Source: an uncultured delta proteobacterium
GTDB lineage: Bacteria > Myxococcota_A > Polyangia > Fen-1088
Length of the DNA stretch: 64,000 bases
Assembly: GCA_963767925.1 (NCBI GenBank)
Contig: CAVYGB010000008.1
Location: 1,664,001-1,728,000, forward strand
Reading direction: 5' to 3'
Part shown: positions 27,608 through 38,330 of the stretch, piece by piece
How the letters are laid out: each line of letters starts with the position of its first letter
Numbering within the stretch: position 1 is the first letter of the stretch
Translations under genes and position numbers: made by a program
The notes under the pieces: model-generated
The model's input: only the letters and a program-made list of their open reading frames with translations
Told to the model about the DNA's origin: nothing
Database searches by the model: none

Positions 27608-29059
27608 TCAGTCGATGCGAGCGGCGCGGAAAACCACGTCGTCGCCCTTGGCCACGAGCTGGAAACGGACCATCCGGCAGTTCCATTTCTGCTTGAGCCC
27701 CGCCTCGGCGAGACGCAGCTTGGCCATGAAGGCAGGAACGCTCAGGCCGTCGGCGGGCTTGCCCAGGCTGCGCAGCGTATTGAGGTACTCGTTGAACAGG
27801 CGGGGGTAATAGGCCGCCTCGCTCTCCTGAGCCAGCGCCGCCGAGGCCGGGCTGGCCGCGCCGTCCCCCTCCTCGATGATCATCTGCTCGGCCCGCCAGA
27901 CCTTGCCGCCGTCCTCCTCTTCCTCGACGGCGTCTTCGTTCGGCTCCTCCCGTCCCAGCAGACGGGCGAGCATGACGTTGAGCCCGTTCGAGAGGCCCTC
28001 GAAGTCCGGCCCCACCGGCTTGAAGGTGTAGTCGATGTTGCCGTTGATGATCTCGGCCACCCCCAGCTCGATCTTGTCGAGCGGTCCGATGAACCGCTTG
28101 GCGGTCAACACGGCCGCGCCGAGGGCGACCAGGATCGCCACCAGCCCGAGGCCCAGCACCTTCCGGCTCATGTTGTCGACGGTGTCCTCGACGTCCGAGA
28201 CCGATCGGGCCATCACCACGCCGCTCGTGCGATCGGCGAAGCTCCCGAACAGCGGCGCCACGATGATGGCATATTCCCGCCCTTCGATCTGGCGGCGCAC
28301 CAGCGGCGTCGGCCCGCCCTTGGCCAGCGCCTGCTCGGCCAGCTTGTCGACGGAAAACAGGAGGTTTCCCAGGGCCTGCGTGCGGGGGACGTCTTCCTTT
28401 TCGGGGGCCTCGGTCGTCCCGAAGCTGGAGGCCTGCATCTTGCCGGCGTGGAAGTAGCCGATCTCCGCGCCGATGCTGTCCCGGGTGTCCTGGGCGACCT
28501 TGGTCGAGAGGACCTGACCGATGAGGAGCACGCCGATGAGCTGGCCATCCGCCTTGGTGATGGGGGCCAGCGCCACCTGGGTCATCCGGTTGTCCATCGC
28601 CCAGACGTCCTTGATGGGCTCGCCCCGCAGCGCCTGCGAGACCGCCGGGAACCGGGCCTTCAGATCGTCGCCCCACATGGCGTTGGGGTTCAGATCGCGG
28701 GCCACCACCTTGCCATCGGCACCCAGGATGGCGACGATGGCGGCCTTTCGGTTCTCCTTGGCCAGACCGGCGTTGAGCGCCTCGCACTCGGCGAAGGCCG
28801 CCTCCCTCCGGGCGGTCTCGTCGGTCCGGTCGAAGACGGCTACAACGCTGGGGCGCTTGGCCCGCTCGAAGACCTGCATGGCCGCGTCGGCGGCCCGCAG
28901 CCGCCCGATCTCGGAAAACGCGCGCTCGGCGCGCGCCACGTCCCGTTCGACCTGCTCGACAGCGCCGGTTCGAGCCCTCTGTGTGATCGAGGTGTGAACC
29001 CCGACCGTGACGAGAAGCATGATGACCGCTGCCGCGAGCCCAATCTTCATCCGATGCAT
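27608..29059 (-). CDS. Membrane sensor-like protein: Cache-type periplasmic domain, HAMP, MXAN_5187-like C-terminal domain
   Basis: Two TM helices; HAMP (PLDKIELGVAEIINGN...LSNGLNVML); C-terminus YYPRLFNEY...MVRFQLVAKGDDVVFRA. Confidence 0.78.
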   Translation of the reverse strand: MHRMKIGLAAAVIMLLVTVGVHTSITQRARTGAVEQVERDVARAERAFSEIGRLRAADAAMQVFERAKRPSVVAVFDRTDETARREAAFAECEALNAGLAKENRKAAIVAILGADGKVVARDLNPNAMWGDDLKARFPAVSQALRGEPIKDVWAMDNRMTQVALAPITKADGQLIGVLLIGQVLSTKVAQDTRDSIGAEIGYFHAGKMQASSFGTTEAPEKEDVPRTQALGNLLFSVDKLAEQALAKGGPTPLVRRQIEGREYAIIVAPLFGSFADRTSGVVMARSVSDVEDTVDNMSRKVLGLGLVAILVALGAAVLTAKRFIGPLDKIELGVAEIINGNIDYTFKPVGPDFEGLSNGLNVMLARLLGREEPNEDAVEEEEDGGKVWRAEQMIIEEGDGAASPASAALAQESEAAYYPRLFNEYLNTLRSLGKPADGLSVPAFMAKLRLAEAGLKQKWNCRMVRFQLVAKGDDVVFRAARID

Positions 29060-29195
29060 GCCGTCCCTCGCGCTACCTATGGTTTTCTGGGGTGCAGGGG
29101 GACACCTGAAGCCCCCCGGACACCGAACCGGTCGCCTGGATTATCCGTGTTTTCCGTGCGTTGAGTCAAGCGGCTCGTTGGAAGGCCTGGGCCGA

Positions 29196-29299
29196 GCTTC
29201 GGGTCTTCTTCCGTCGGGTTCTCGTTCGGGTTCTCGTTCGGCCTTCGTCTTCGTCGGTCTCGTTGGTCGTTGTCTTCGTGCTCGGCCCGCCCCTGCTTC
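29196..29299. repeat. 104-nt adenine-free low-complexity tract with 12-bp tandem repeat
   Basis: No A on the + strand between 29195 and 29300; TCGGGTTCTCGT x2 at 29214-29237. Confidence 0.85.
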
Positions 29300-29365
29300 A
29301 TCGTTTCTTTGGGCGGGGGTCTAGAGGGGTCGATTCGGGGCGGTTTCTTGACCGGGCGGGCCGAC

Positions 29366-29383
29366 TGACCTACATGTGGGTCA
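29366..29383. promoter_or_regulatory. Near-perfect palindrome, candidate operator
   Basis: TGACCTACATGTGGGTCA upstream of the GGAGG RBS (29396) of the PilZ gene. Confidence 0.5.
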
Positions 29384-29406
29384 ATCTCGTCCTCTGGAGG
29401 TCTCCC

Positions 29407-29967
29407 GTGCCCACATTGCCCTCGAAGTCGCCGCCTCCCCTGCCCGGCCGGGCCGCCGCCCCGGGCCCGCTCTCCCCACTCCCCGCCCCCGACCGGCCCA
29501 TCCCAATCCAGTCAGCCGGCTCTTCGGCTGTTTCGGTGGCGAAGGAGAGCGCTGGATCCCCCCGCCGACGGACATCGGAATGGACGACCGAGTGGACGTC
29601 CACCCGGACATCCACCCGGACTTCCAAGCCGTCTTCAGAACCGACTTGCGAGCGGCGCAACGATCGCCGGGTGCCGCTCGACGTGCTGGCCAACCGATTT
29701 CAGCAGGGCTACCCCTACCTGTCGCGGACGACCGACATCAGCCGACAGGGCATTCGGCTCTACACGTTCAACGAGCCGAACCTCGCGCCCCGCGCCTTCA
29801 CCGGCCTGCAGTTCCAGCTCCCCGATTCTCCGGAGGTCATCTCGGCCGACGGCGAAATCGTGTTCGAGGAGGCGGCTTCGGGCCTGGTGGGGATCCGCTT
29901 TCTGCACCTTTCCAAGGCGGCCGGCGCGGCGATCGACGGCTACCTGGGACGCGCCTGCGCCACCTGA
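29407..29967 (+). CDS. PilZ domain protein with Pro/Ser/Thr-rich N-terminus
   Basis: GGAGG RBS then GTG 29407; ERRNDRR and DISRQG motifs; GIRF at end. Confidence 0.8.
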   Translation: MPTLPSKSPPPLPGRAAAPGPLSPLPAPDRPIPIQSAGSSAVSVAKESAGSPRRRTSEWTTEWTSTRTSTRTSKPSSEPTCERRNDRRVPLDVLANRFQQGYPYLSRTTDISRQGIRLYTFNEPNLAPRAFTGLQFQLPDSPEVISADGEIVFEEAASGLVGIRFLHLSKAAGAAIDGYLGRACAT

Positions 29968-30125
29968 CCAACGTCCGACATCCCGGCCGCGTTTCACGAG
30001 AAACTCTCGGTGCAGCCTCGGGTTGCATGTCAGAAGCGAGCTTGACAGTATGGCTCCGCCCGCGCTGATCATCCTTCCCGCAGTCGCCAGAACCCGCCCC
30101 GCAGCACGAACCACGGAGGTCTCCC

Positions 30126-31316
30126 TTGGAGCAACCGAAGAAGCCCGGTCCGCGTGACATCACGGATCTGAAAGCCCGCCTCGGGCTGAATCGGGGGGCG
30201 GCGCCGTCCGGCCCTCCCGGGGCTCCTGTCCCTTCCCGTCCGCCCTTCGGTCATCCCGCCGGGCAGCCGCCGCTCGGTACGCCCGTCTCCTCGCAACAGC
30301 CTTTCCCCACGGGGAGCATGGGCGGCCTGCCGGGACCGGCGCCCGCGATGCCGCCGGCGGCCGCGCCTGCGCCCGACCCCTACGCCTCGATGCGGCCCCC
30401 GCCCGGGCGGCAGTTCGATCTGCGTCCGGTGGATGACGGCGCTCCCGTGGCCAGCGTGCGGCGGGGAGGCTTCCGGGGCGCCATGATCTTCGGGCTCATC
30501 ATGGTGGTCCTCGGCGGCTTGCTCGGCATCGGGTTCGGCATCGGCATGAGCGGACGCCGGGCCTACAACGAGACGAACCGGGCCGCCAAGCGGGTCAAGC
30601 TCGAGGTCGAGGAGATGCACAAGACCGTCACCCAGATCGCGGGTGCGGTGGCCTTCAGCAGCCAGCGCCTGCAGACCGAAAAGCGCGACCGGCTGGCCTA
30701 CGACAGCAAGTTCATCGAGGACCTCGAGAAGATCAAGCTCGACCCGCGCCCCGACACCTCCCGCATCTTCACCGTCGACTACTTCCGGATGCCCGACATC
30801 GCCGTCGATAACCTGATGTCGTACTACTACGACACCATCGCGCTCTACGGCGAGGTCGAGAAACACGTCAAGAAGAGCCGGGCGGACAAGGACTCGCTCG
30901 AGGCCTTCGCCGCCCAGAATCAGAAGGCGCAGGCCAACTACGGCGTCGTCTTCGCCGGCGGGGGCAAGATGGTGGTGGCCAACCTCGTCGAGGTGGGCCA
31001 GCCAGTCTGCAAGGACGGGGGCAACGAGTGTGGCGTCGACCAGCTCGAAGGCTTCAAGATCCGATCGAACGCTGGGGCCTCCTGGGTCAACCGCCGGATC
31101 GGATCCAAGCCCGAGGGTGGCATCCTCGTGCCGCTCGACCGGACGCCCCTGCTCGAGTCCGCCATGGCCGGCTCGCCCGATCAGGCACGGATGGAGCAGT
31201 ACCGCATCCGTTCGGCCAACATCCAGATCCTGCTCACCCGCATCATCCAGACCCAGAAGCAGCTCACCGAGGCCGTCAAGACCGCGGCTTCCCGCCCCGA
31301 CATGTTCTCCCTCTGA
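30126..31316 (+). CDS. Bitopic membrane hypothetical protein
   Basis: GGAGG RBS plus TTG; Pro-rich cytoplasmic N-terminus (ITDLKARLG), one TM, helical periplasmic domain. Confidence 0.8.
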   Translation: MEQPKKPGPRDITDLKARLGLNRGAAPSGPPGAPVPSRPPFGHPAGQPPLGTPVSSQQPFPTGSMGGLPGPAPAMPPAAAPAPDPYASMRPPPGRQFDLRPVDDGAPVASVRRGGFRGAMIFGLIMVVLGGLLGIGFGIGMSGRRAYNETNRAAKRVKLEVEEMHKTVTQIAGAVAFSSQRLQTEKRDRLAYDSKFIEDLEKIKLDPRPDTSRIFTVDYFRMPDIAVDNLMSYYYDTIALYGEVEKHVKKSRADKDSLEAFAAQNQKAQANYGVVFAGGGKMVVANLVEVGQPVCKDGGNECGVDQLEGFKIRSNAGASWVNRRIGSKPEGGILVPLDRTPLLESAMAGSPDQARMEQYRIRSANIQILLTRIIQTQKQLTEAVKTAASRPDMFSL

Positions 31317-31331
31317 GTGGCGTTTTTTTCC

Positions 31332-31354
31332 CCGGGACCCTTAGAGGGTCCCGG
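31332..31354. terminator. Hairpin between convergent genes (likely terminator)
   Basis: CCGGGACCCT-tag-AGGGTCCCGG, perfect 10-bp stem. Confidence 0.6.
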
Positions 31355-31389
31355 CCCCCCGCAGACGCGGCGGGACCACCCGGCTCCCG

Positions 31390-32424
31390 CTAGCCCAGGC
31401 CGATCTCGTGGAGGTCGTCTTCGCTGAGGCCGAAGAAGTGTCCGGTCTCGTGCAGGAGGGTGGTGCGGATCTCTGCCCGCAGCTCCTCCTCGTCGAAGGC
31501 GACCCGCTCGAGGTTGCGGCGAAACAGGAGGATCTGGGTGAGCTGGGGCGCGCCCCCAAGGGCCGAGACCTCCGGGTAGGCGATGCCCGCAAACAGCCCC
31601 AGGAGGCGGGGATCCAGCCCGGTTGCCACGTCGCTGCGCGCCGGCCGATCCACGATCAGGATCGGCACCTCGGCCAGTAACCGGCGGGCCCGATCCGGTA
31701 GCTCCGTCAGGGCCGCCTCGGCGACGTCGGCCGTCTGCTTCTCCGTGAGCAACGCCGGCAGCTCGGCGTCCTGCACGGCATCGAGGTCGAGCGTCTGCAA
31801 CCAGGCCTGGCGTTTGGCCGCCTCGTCGCCGGCCAGCTCGGCCGCCACGCCGACGCCGTGCCAGGCGTCGGCGTCCTCGGCGTCCAGGGCCACCGCCCGG
31901 TCGAACCAGGTCTTGGCCTGGCCGGGGTCGTCGATGGCGAGGAACAGATCGGCGATCTCGCGGGCCAGCTCGCCGCTCTCAGCGTCGGTGGGGGCCGGGA
32001 CCGCCTCCAGGGTCTCCCGGGCCTCGGCCGGGTGGTCGAGGTCCAGCTCGAGTCCCGCCGTCAGGGCCAGGGCGTGGAGCCGCTCCTGCACCCCCTCCGG
32101 ACCGGGGGCGGCCTTCTCGAGGGCCCGCCGCGCGTGCTCGAGCGCGCGCTCCAGCTCGTCCTGCTGGGCCAGCAGGTCGGCAGCGAACAGCTCGGGTTCG
32201 GCCCAGTCGGGGTCGGCCTCCATCGCGGCGTCCAGCCACTTGAGCGCCTCGTCTTCCTCCTCCCGGGCCCGGGCGCAGGCCGCCATCAGGAGCAACACGT
32301 CGGGCGACTTCGGTTCGAGGGCGCGCAGCTCCTCGGCCAGTCGGTTGGCCTGGGCGACCTCCCCCGCTTCGAGGAGATCCCAGGCACGATCCAGGTTGCG
32401 GGCCAGGCGGCCTTCGGTCTTCAC
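31390..32424 (-). CDS. TPR repeat plus Zincin_1-type metallopeptidase
   Basis: TPRs; LLGLFAG, ILLFRRNLER, TLLHETGHFFGLSEDDL. Confidence 0.88.
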   Translation of the reverse strand: MKTEGRLARNLDRAWDLLEAGEVAQANRLAEELRALEPKSPDVLLLMAACARAREEEDEALKWLDAAMEADPDWAEPELFAADLLAQQDELERALEHARRALEKAAPGPEGVQERLHALALTAGLELDLDHPAEARETLEAVPAPTDAESGELAREIADLFLAIDDPGQAKTWFDRAVALDAEDADAWHGVGVAAELAGDEAAKRQAWLQTLDLDAVQDAELPALLTEKQTADVAEAALTELPDRARRLLAEVPILIVDRPARSDVATGLDPRLLGLFAGIAYPEVSALGGAPQLTQILLFRRNLERVAFDEEELRAEIRTTLLHETGHFFGLSEDDLHEIGLG

Positions 32425-33542
32425 GAGGGTCTCCTTACCAGCAGGGCTTCCATGCTGGCCAGCAGGTATTGCACGCCGACCGCGATTGTCCGCTGGCTCT
32501 GCTCGGCCGAGCCGACCGGGGGCGCCACCTCGACGAGGTCGGCGCCCACGAGGTCGAGCTCATGCCCCAGCCGCCGCACCAGCGCGCAGACCAGGTCGGG
32601 CGAGAGCCCCCCGGCCTCCGGCGCCCCGGTCGAGGGAGCCAGGCTGGCGTCGGTGGCGTCGATGTCGTTGGAGAAGTAGACCTGCTGGACGCCCCGCTCG
32701 CGCAGGTGCGCCACGATGGCGTCCACGGTGGCCTCGGCACCGAGCCGAGCGATCTCCTCGGCCCAGAATTGCCGCACGCCCAGCGTGGATTCCCAGTACT
32801 CGCGCGGCTGGCGGGAGGTACGGACCCCCACCTGGACCAGTCGGCCCTGGCGGCCGATCAGGTCGTTGGCGTGGTAGGCCCAGGTGGCGAAACAGATCTT
32901 TACCCCCAGCCGCTCGGACATCAGATCGGTGTGGGCGTCGGGCTGGACGATGCCCAGCGTCGCCGCCGTCCGGCGCCGCTTGAGCGCGGCAACCGGCGCC
33001 CAGGCCACGCTGTGGTCGCCGCCCAGGACCAGGATCTTGATGCCGGGGTTGAGGTCGAAGACCCGATCGAGGACGCGCTCGGCGATGGTCAACGGTGCCA
33101 CCGGCAGCTCGGCCGACTCCTCGGGCGCCAGCGTCGGGTACATCGCTCGGCGGCATGCCTCCTTCTGCGGCTCGCTCAGCATGTCGTCGGCCAGCAGGTG
33201 GGGATTGACCGCCACGTCGCCGAGATCGACGATCCCCTGGGCGGTGGCCCAGGCCCGGAACTCGGGCCGGGCCGCCAGCAGGCCCCGGCGCAGCTCCTGG
33301 GGACCGAAGCTCGCACCCCGCACGAGCCCCGCGCCGCAATCGGACGGGATGCCCATCACGGCCAGGCGCGCGCGACCCAGGGAGGCCAGCTCAGCCTGCC
33401 AGGCGGCCGGGACCTCGTCGGCGCTCGCGACCCCGTAGAGCGACGCTTGCAAATCCTGCTGCGCCCTTCGCCCGGTCGACACGGTGAAGACGCCAGCGCC
33501 GGCCGGACGCAGCATGAGGGCGAGCTCGCGATCGGGGTTCAT
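32421..33542 (-). CDS. Arginase/agmatinase-family ureohydrolase
   Basis: GGDHSVA, DAHTDL, SNDIDATD, PSTGAPEAGGLS, DLVEVAP. Confidence 0.9.
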   Translation of the reverse strand: MNPDRELALMLRPAGAGVFTVSTGRRAQQDLQASLYGVASADEVPAAWQAELASLGRARLAVMGIPSDCGAGLVRGASFGPQELRRGLLAARPEFRAWATAQGIVDLGDVAVNPHLLADDMLSEPQKEACRRAMYPTLAPEESAELPVAPLTIAERVLDRVFDLNPGIKILVLGGDHSVAWAPVAALKRRRTAATLGIVQPDAHTDLMSERLGVKICFATWAYHANDLIGRQGRLVQVGVRTSRQPREYWESTLGVRQFWAEEIARLGAEATVDAIVAHLRERGVQQVYFSNDIDATDASLAPSTGAPEAGGLSPDLVCALVRRLGHELDLVGADLVEVAPPVGSAEQSQRTIAVGVQYLLASMEALLVRRPS

Positions 33543-33684
33543 GAGTGGGGCCCAGGCGCGGTCACGCCTATAGACGAGATTAGCGGATCTAGTTGGGTAC
33601 CCTCAAAGGTGGTAAAAATAGCGGGCCGGTCCGCGTGTTCCGTCTTCCAGTGGGTACCTACCCCCCGTCTAACCTGTCAGCAGC

Positions 33685-35916
33685 ATGGATGCCACCCTGA
33701 AGGAGCGACTCGACCAGACCGGTGTGGCGCTCGGGCAGCGTTACGGCGAGCTGGGGACCCGGGCCCATCGCGAGCTGGCCCACTGGCTGTCGGGGAGCCT
33801 GCCGTTTTCGTTCTCCGAGACCCTCGCCCGCCACCTGGTGCCCGGACAGGAAGCGCTGCTGTTCGACGCCTTCTGGCAGGTGCTCCCCTTCGGGACCGGT
33901 GGACGCCGGGGCCGGGTGGGATACGGGGCCAATCGGGTCAATCCGACAACGGTGGCCCTGACCATCCAGGGTCACTGCAACTTCCTGCGCGCCCGGTTTC
34001 CGGGCCGGAGCGATCTGTCGGTGGTGGTGGCCAACGACGTGCGCGTCTTCCGCGACATCGCCGGGAGCTACGGCTTCCTCGGGCCCGACCATCCGCTGCT
34101 GGGGCTCACCTCGCGGGGGCTCGCGCGCCTGGCCTGCGAGATCTACGCCGGCAACGGGATCGCCGCCTACCTCATCGCGCCCGAGGACGAGGGGGCGACC
34201 CTGTCCACCCCGGAGCTCTCCTTCGCCATCGGCACGCTGAAGGCCGCCGGCGGTGTGAACCTCTCGGCCTCCCACAACCACCCCGACGACAATGGGGTGA
34301 AGGTGTACGACGAGTTCGGCAGCCAGCCGGTGGCCCCCGCCGACCAGGAGCTGCTCGACATCATGGCGGCGGTCACGGAGGTGAAGGCTTGCCCCTTCGC
34401 CGACGCCCGCTCGGCCGGGCTGGTCCGGGAGCTGCCCAGCTCGCTGCACGAGGAATACGTGCGGGGCTACCTGCAGCTCTACGGCGGGTTCTTCCCGCCC
34501 CGCTCCGATCTCCCGGTGGTCTACACGCCGCTTTGCGGCGTCGGTTCGACCTCGGCGGGTGACGTCCTCTCGCGCCTCGGTTTTCCCGTGCTCACGCCGC
34601 CCGACGAGGGCCCCGACGGAACCTTCGCGCCCATCCCCTTTCGCTCCCCCAACCCCGAGGTGCCGCAGTCGACCCAGCCGGCCCGGGCCTACGCCGACCG
34701 GCACGGCAGCGGCATCGTCCTGTCGAGCGACCCCGACGCCGACCGCATCGGCTGCGAGATCAAGATCGCCGCGAGCTCCGAGGCGGACAGCGGCTGGTAC
34801 CACCTCGACGGCAACCAGATCGCCGCCATCCTCTGCTACGCGCTCATGCTCGACCCCCGGGGCCCTCGCCGCAAGGGCCTGGTTATCGAGACCCTCGTCA
34901 CAACCCGGTTGTTGCGCCGGATCGTCGAGGCGCGCGGCGAATCGGACCTCATCGACGACCTCCTGGTCGGGTTCAAATACGTCGCCGACGTCCTCAAGCG
35001 GCTGGGACGCGAGGGCGCCTACCGCCAGATCCGCCGGCGACCCGACGAGCTGGTGCTGGCCGCCGAGGAGAGCCACGGCGTCATCTTCCTCCCGCACATC
35101 CTCGACAAGGACGCCACCCCGGCTTGCATGTACCTGGCCGGTCTCTACCAGCGCCTGCGCCTGGAGGGCCGCACCCTGCTCGACTACTACGTGTCGATGC
35201 TCGAGGAGCTGGGCGGGTTCGACACGGTCAACCGCTCGATCATGATGGCGGGGGCAAGCGGGATGGAGCGCAAGGATCGTATCATGGCCTGGCTGCGCGC
35301 CTCGCCGCCCGCCACCCTCGGCGGGCAGGCCGTCCGCCGGATCACGGACTACTGGGACACCAACGCCTTCGGACCGCTGGTGAGCGAGAGCGAGCGACTC
35401 CCCCGCAACGTGGTGGAGCTGCAGACCGACCGCCTGGTGGTCACCGTGCGCCCGTCGGGAACCGAGCCCAAGCTGAAGCTGTATTGCCAGCTCCTGCCGT
35501 CCACCGGCGGTGAGGGGGCCCCCGCGGCCCGGGGCTCGGCCCTGCTCGGCGCCCTGCGGGCCGAGGCGGAGGAGGCTGCCCGGACGGTATACAACGACCT
35601 GCTGTCACCGCTGGGCCTGCAACTCGGGGAGGTGGGCCTGCTGCTCACCGATCTCATCGAGCTCGAGCGCAAGCGGGAGTTCGAGAGCGAGACGGTGCCC
35701 CGGCTTCGGGCGAAGCTCGCGCAGGGCGAGCTGGCGAGCGCGAGCGCGCTCGAATCCTGGCTGCGTCAGGAGACGCGCAGCTTGCTCCCCGGCGCCGATG
35801 CCTTGCCCGCCCTGCGGGCTCCCCTGGCCGCGGTCGCGGCCCGCTGGGCCCGGGAGCTTCCGCGCGCGCCCGGGCTGGAAATCTTGCAGAGGTGGGCCAG
35901 AGCGAAGGGAGCTTGA
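33685..35916 (+). CDS. Phosphoglucomutase/phosphomannomutase-family protein
   Basis: FGTGGRRG, SASHNHPDDNG (phosphoserine), DPDADR, GFKY, EESHG, RPSGTEPK. Confidence 0.92.
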   Translation: MDATLKERLDQTGVALGQRYGELGTRAHRELAHWLSGSLPFSFSETLARHLVPGQEALLFDAFWQVLPFGTGGRRGRVGYGANRVNPTTVALTIQGHCNFLRARFPGRSDLSVVVANDVRVFRDIAGSYGFLGPDHPLLGLTSRGLARLACEIYAGNGIAAYLIAPEDEGATLSTPELSFAIGTLKAAGGVNLSASHNHPDDNGVKVYDEFGSQPVAPADQELLDIMAAVTEVKACPFADARSAGLVRELPSSLHEEYVRGYLQLYGGFFPPRSDLPVVYTPLCGVGSTSAGDVLSRLGFPVLTPPDEGPDGTFAPIPFRSPNPEVPQSTQPARAYADRHGSGIVLSSDPDADRIGCEIKIAASSEADSGWYHLDGNQIAAILCYALMLDPRGPRRKGLVIETLVTTRLLRRIVEARGESDLIDDLLVGFKYVADVLKRLGREGAYRQIRRRPDELVLAAEESHGVIFLPHILDKDATPACMYLAGLYQRLRLEGRTLLDYYVSMLEELGGFDTVNRSIMMAGASGMERKDRIMAWLRASPPATLGGQAVRRITDYWDTNAFGPLVSESERLPRNVVELQTDRLVVTVRPSGTEPKLKLYCQLLPSTGGEGAPAARGSALLGALRAEAEEAARTVYNDLLSPLGLQLGEVGLLLTDLIELERKREFESETVPRLRAKLAQGELASASALESWLRQETRSLLPGADALPALRAPLAAVAARWARELPRAPGLEILQRWARAKGA

Positions 35917-37001
35917 TGGGGCAGGACAGTGGGCGACCGGGCGAGGGCGAAGGCGGGGGCGAAGGTGACGGGGACGGCCAGGGAGGGCCGGCGACCTGGC
36001 CCCGAGGGCCACGCTCGGTGGTGGTGATCGGGGGTGGGACCGGCTCTTACAACGTCCTTGCCGGGCTTCGCCGCTTCGATCGGCTCCGGCTCGTCTCGAT
36101 CGTCACCATGACCGACTCGGGCGGTGACTCCGGGCGCCTGCGCTCGGAGTTCAAGGTGCTGCCGCCGGGGGACATCCGACGCTGCCTGGTGGCCCTGTCG
36201 GAGGACAGCTCTCTGCTGCGGGAGCTATTCAACTTCCGCTTCGACGACGATCCCCTGCGCGGGCGCCAGCTCGGAAACCTCCTGGTGCTGGCTCTGGCCC
36301 GCATCCTGGGCAGCGAGCGAGAGGCCATCAACGCCATCCACCGCCTCCTCAACATCCGGGGACGGGTGCTGCCGGTCTCCTGGGACCAGGTGCACCTCTG
36401 CGCGGAGCTGGCCGACGGCCAGGTGATCGAGGAGGAGGCTGACATCGACGTGCCGAAACACGACCCGTCGATCCCGATCCGGCGGGTCTTCCTGCGGCCA
36501 GAAGCGACGCCCAACCCCGAGGCCCTGGCCGCGATCGAGGACAGCGACTTCATCGTCCTGGCCCCGGGCGACCTCTACACCTCCAGCCTGCCCAATCTGC
36601 TCGTGCAGGGGGTGCCCGAGGCCCTGCGCCGGTCGCGGGCCAAGCTGGTCTACGTCGTGAACCTCATGACGAAGCGGGGGGAGACCCTGGGCTACCCGGC
36701 CTCCCGGCACGTCGAGGAGCTGATCCGCTACGGCGGTCGCGTGCCCGAGGCGGTCCTCGTGCATCGGGGTGAGATGCCCGTCGAGATGGCGCAGCGGTAC
36801 CGCGCCGAAGAAGCCCACCTGGTCGAGATCGACGAGCCCCAGGTGCACGCCCTCGGCGTGCCCCTCGTCTGGTCGGCCCCCGTGATCTCCACGGCGTCGA
36901 AGGCCCGCCACGACCCCGTGCGCACGTCGCTGGCCCTGGTCAGGCTGTTCGCCGCCCTCGATGAGGCGGGGGCAACCCCCGCCGCCCTGCCGGCCAACTG
37001 A
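35916..37001 (+). CDS. YvcK/GlmR (UPF0052) gluconeogenesis-factor family protein
   Basis: IGGGTG, DSGGDSGRLR, PPGDIRRCL, PGDLYTS, NLMTKRGET, RHDP. Confidence 0.9.
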   Translation: MGQDSGRPGEGEGGGEGDGDGQGGPATWPRGPRSVVVIGGGTGSYNVLAGLRRFDRLRLVSIVTMTDSGGDSGRLRSEFKVLPPGDIRRCLVALSEDSSLLRELFNFRFDDDPLRGRQLGNLLVLALARILGSEREAINAIHRLLNIRGRVLPVSWDQVHLCAELADGQVIEEEADIDVPKHDPSIPIRRVFLRPEATPNPEALAAIEDSDFIVLAPGDLYTSSLPNLLVQGVPEALRRSRAKLVYVVNLMTKRGETLGYPASRHVEELIRYGGRVPEAVLVHRGEMPVEMAQRYRAEEAHLVEIDEPQVHALGVPLVWSAPVISTASKARHDPVRTSLALVRLFAALDEAGATPAALPAN

Positions 37002-37020
37002 GCCGCCCGGGCTCGGGGCA

Positions 37021-38305
<1,285 letters not shown>

Positions 38306-38330
38306 GGATGGACCTCCAATCGGATCGAGA

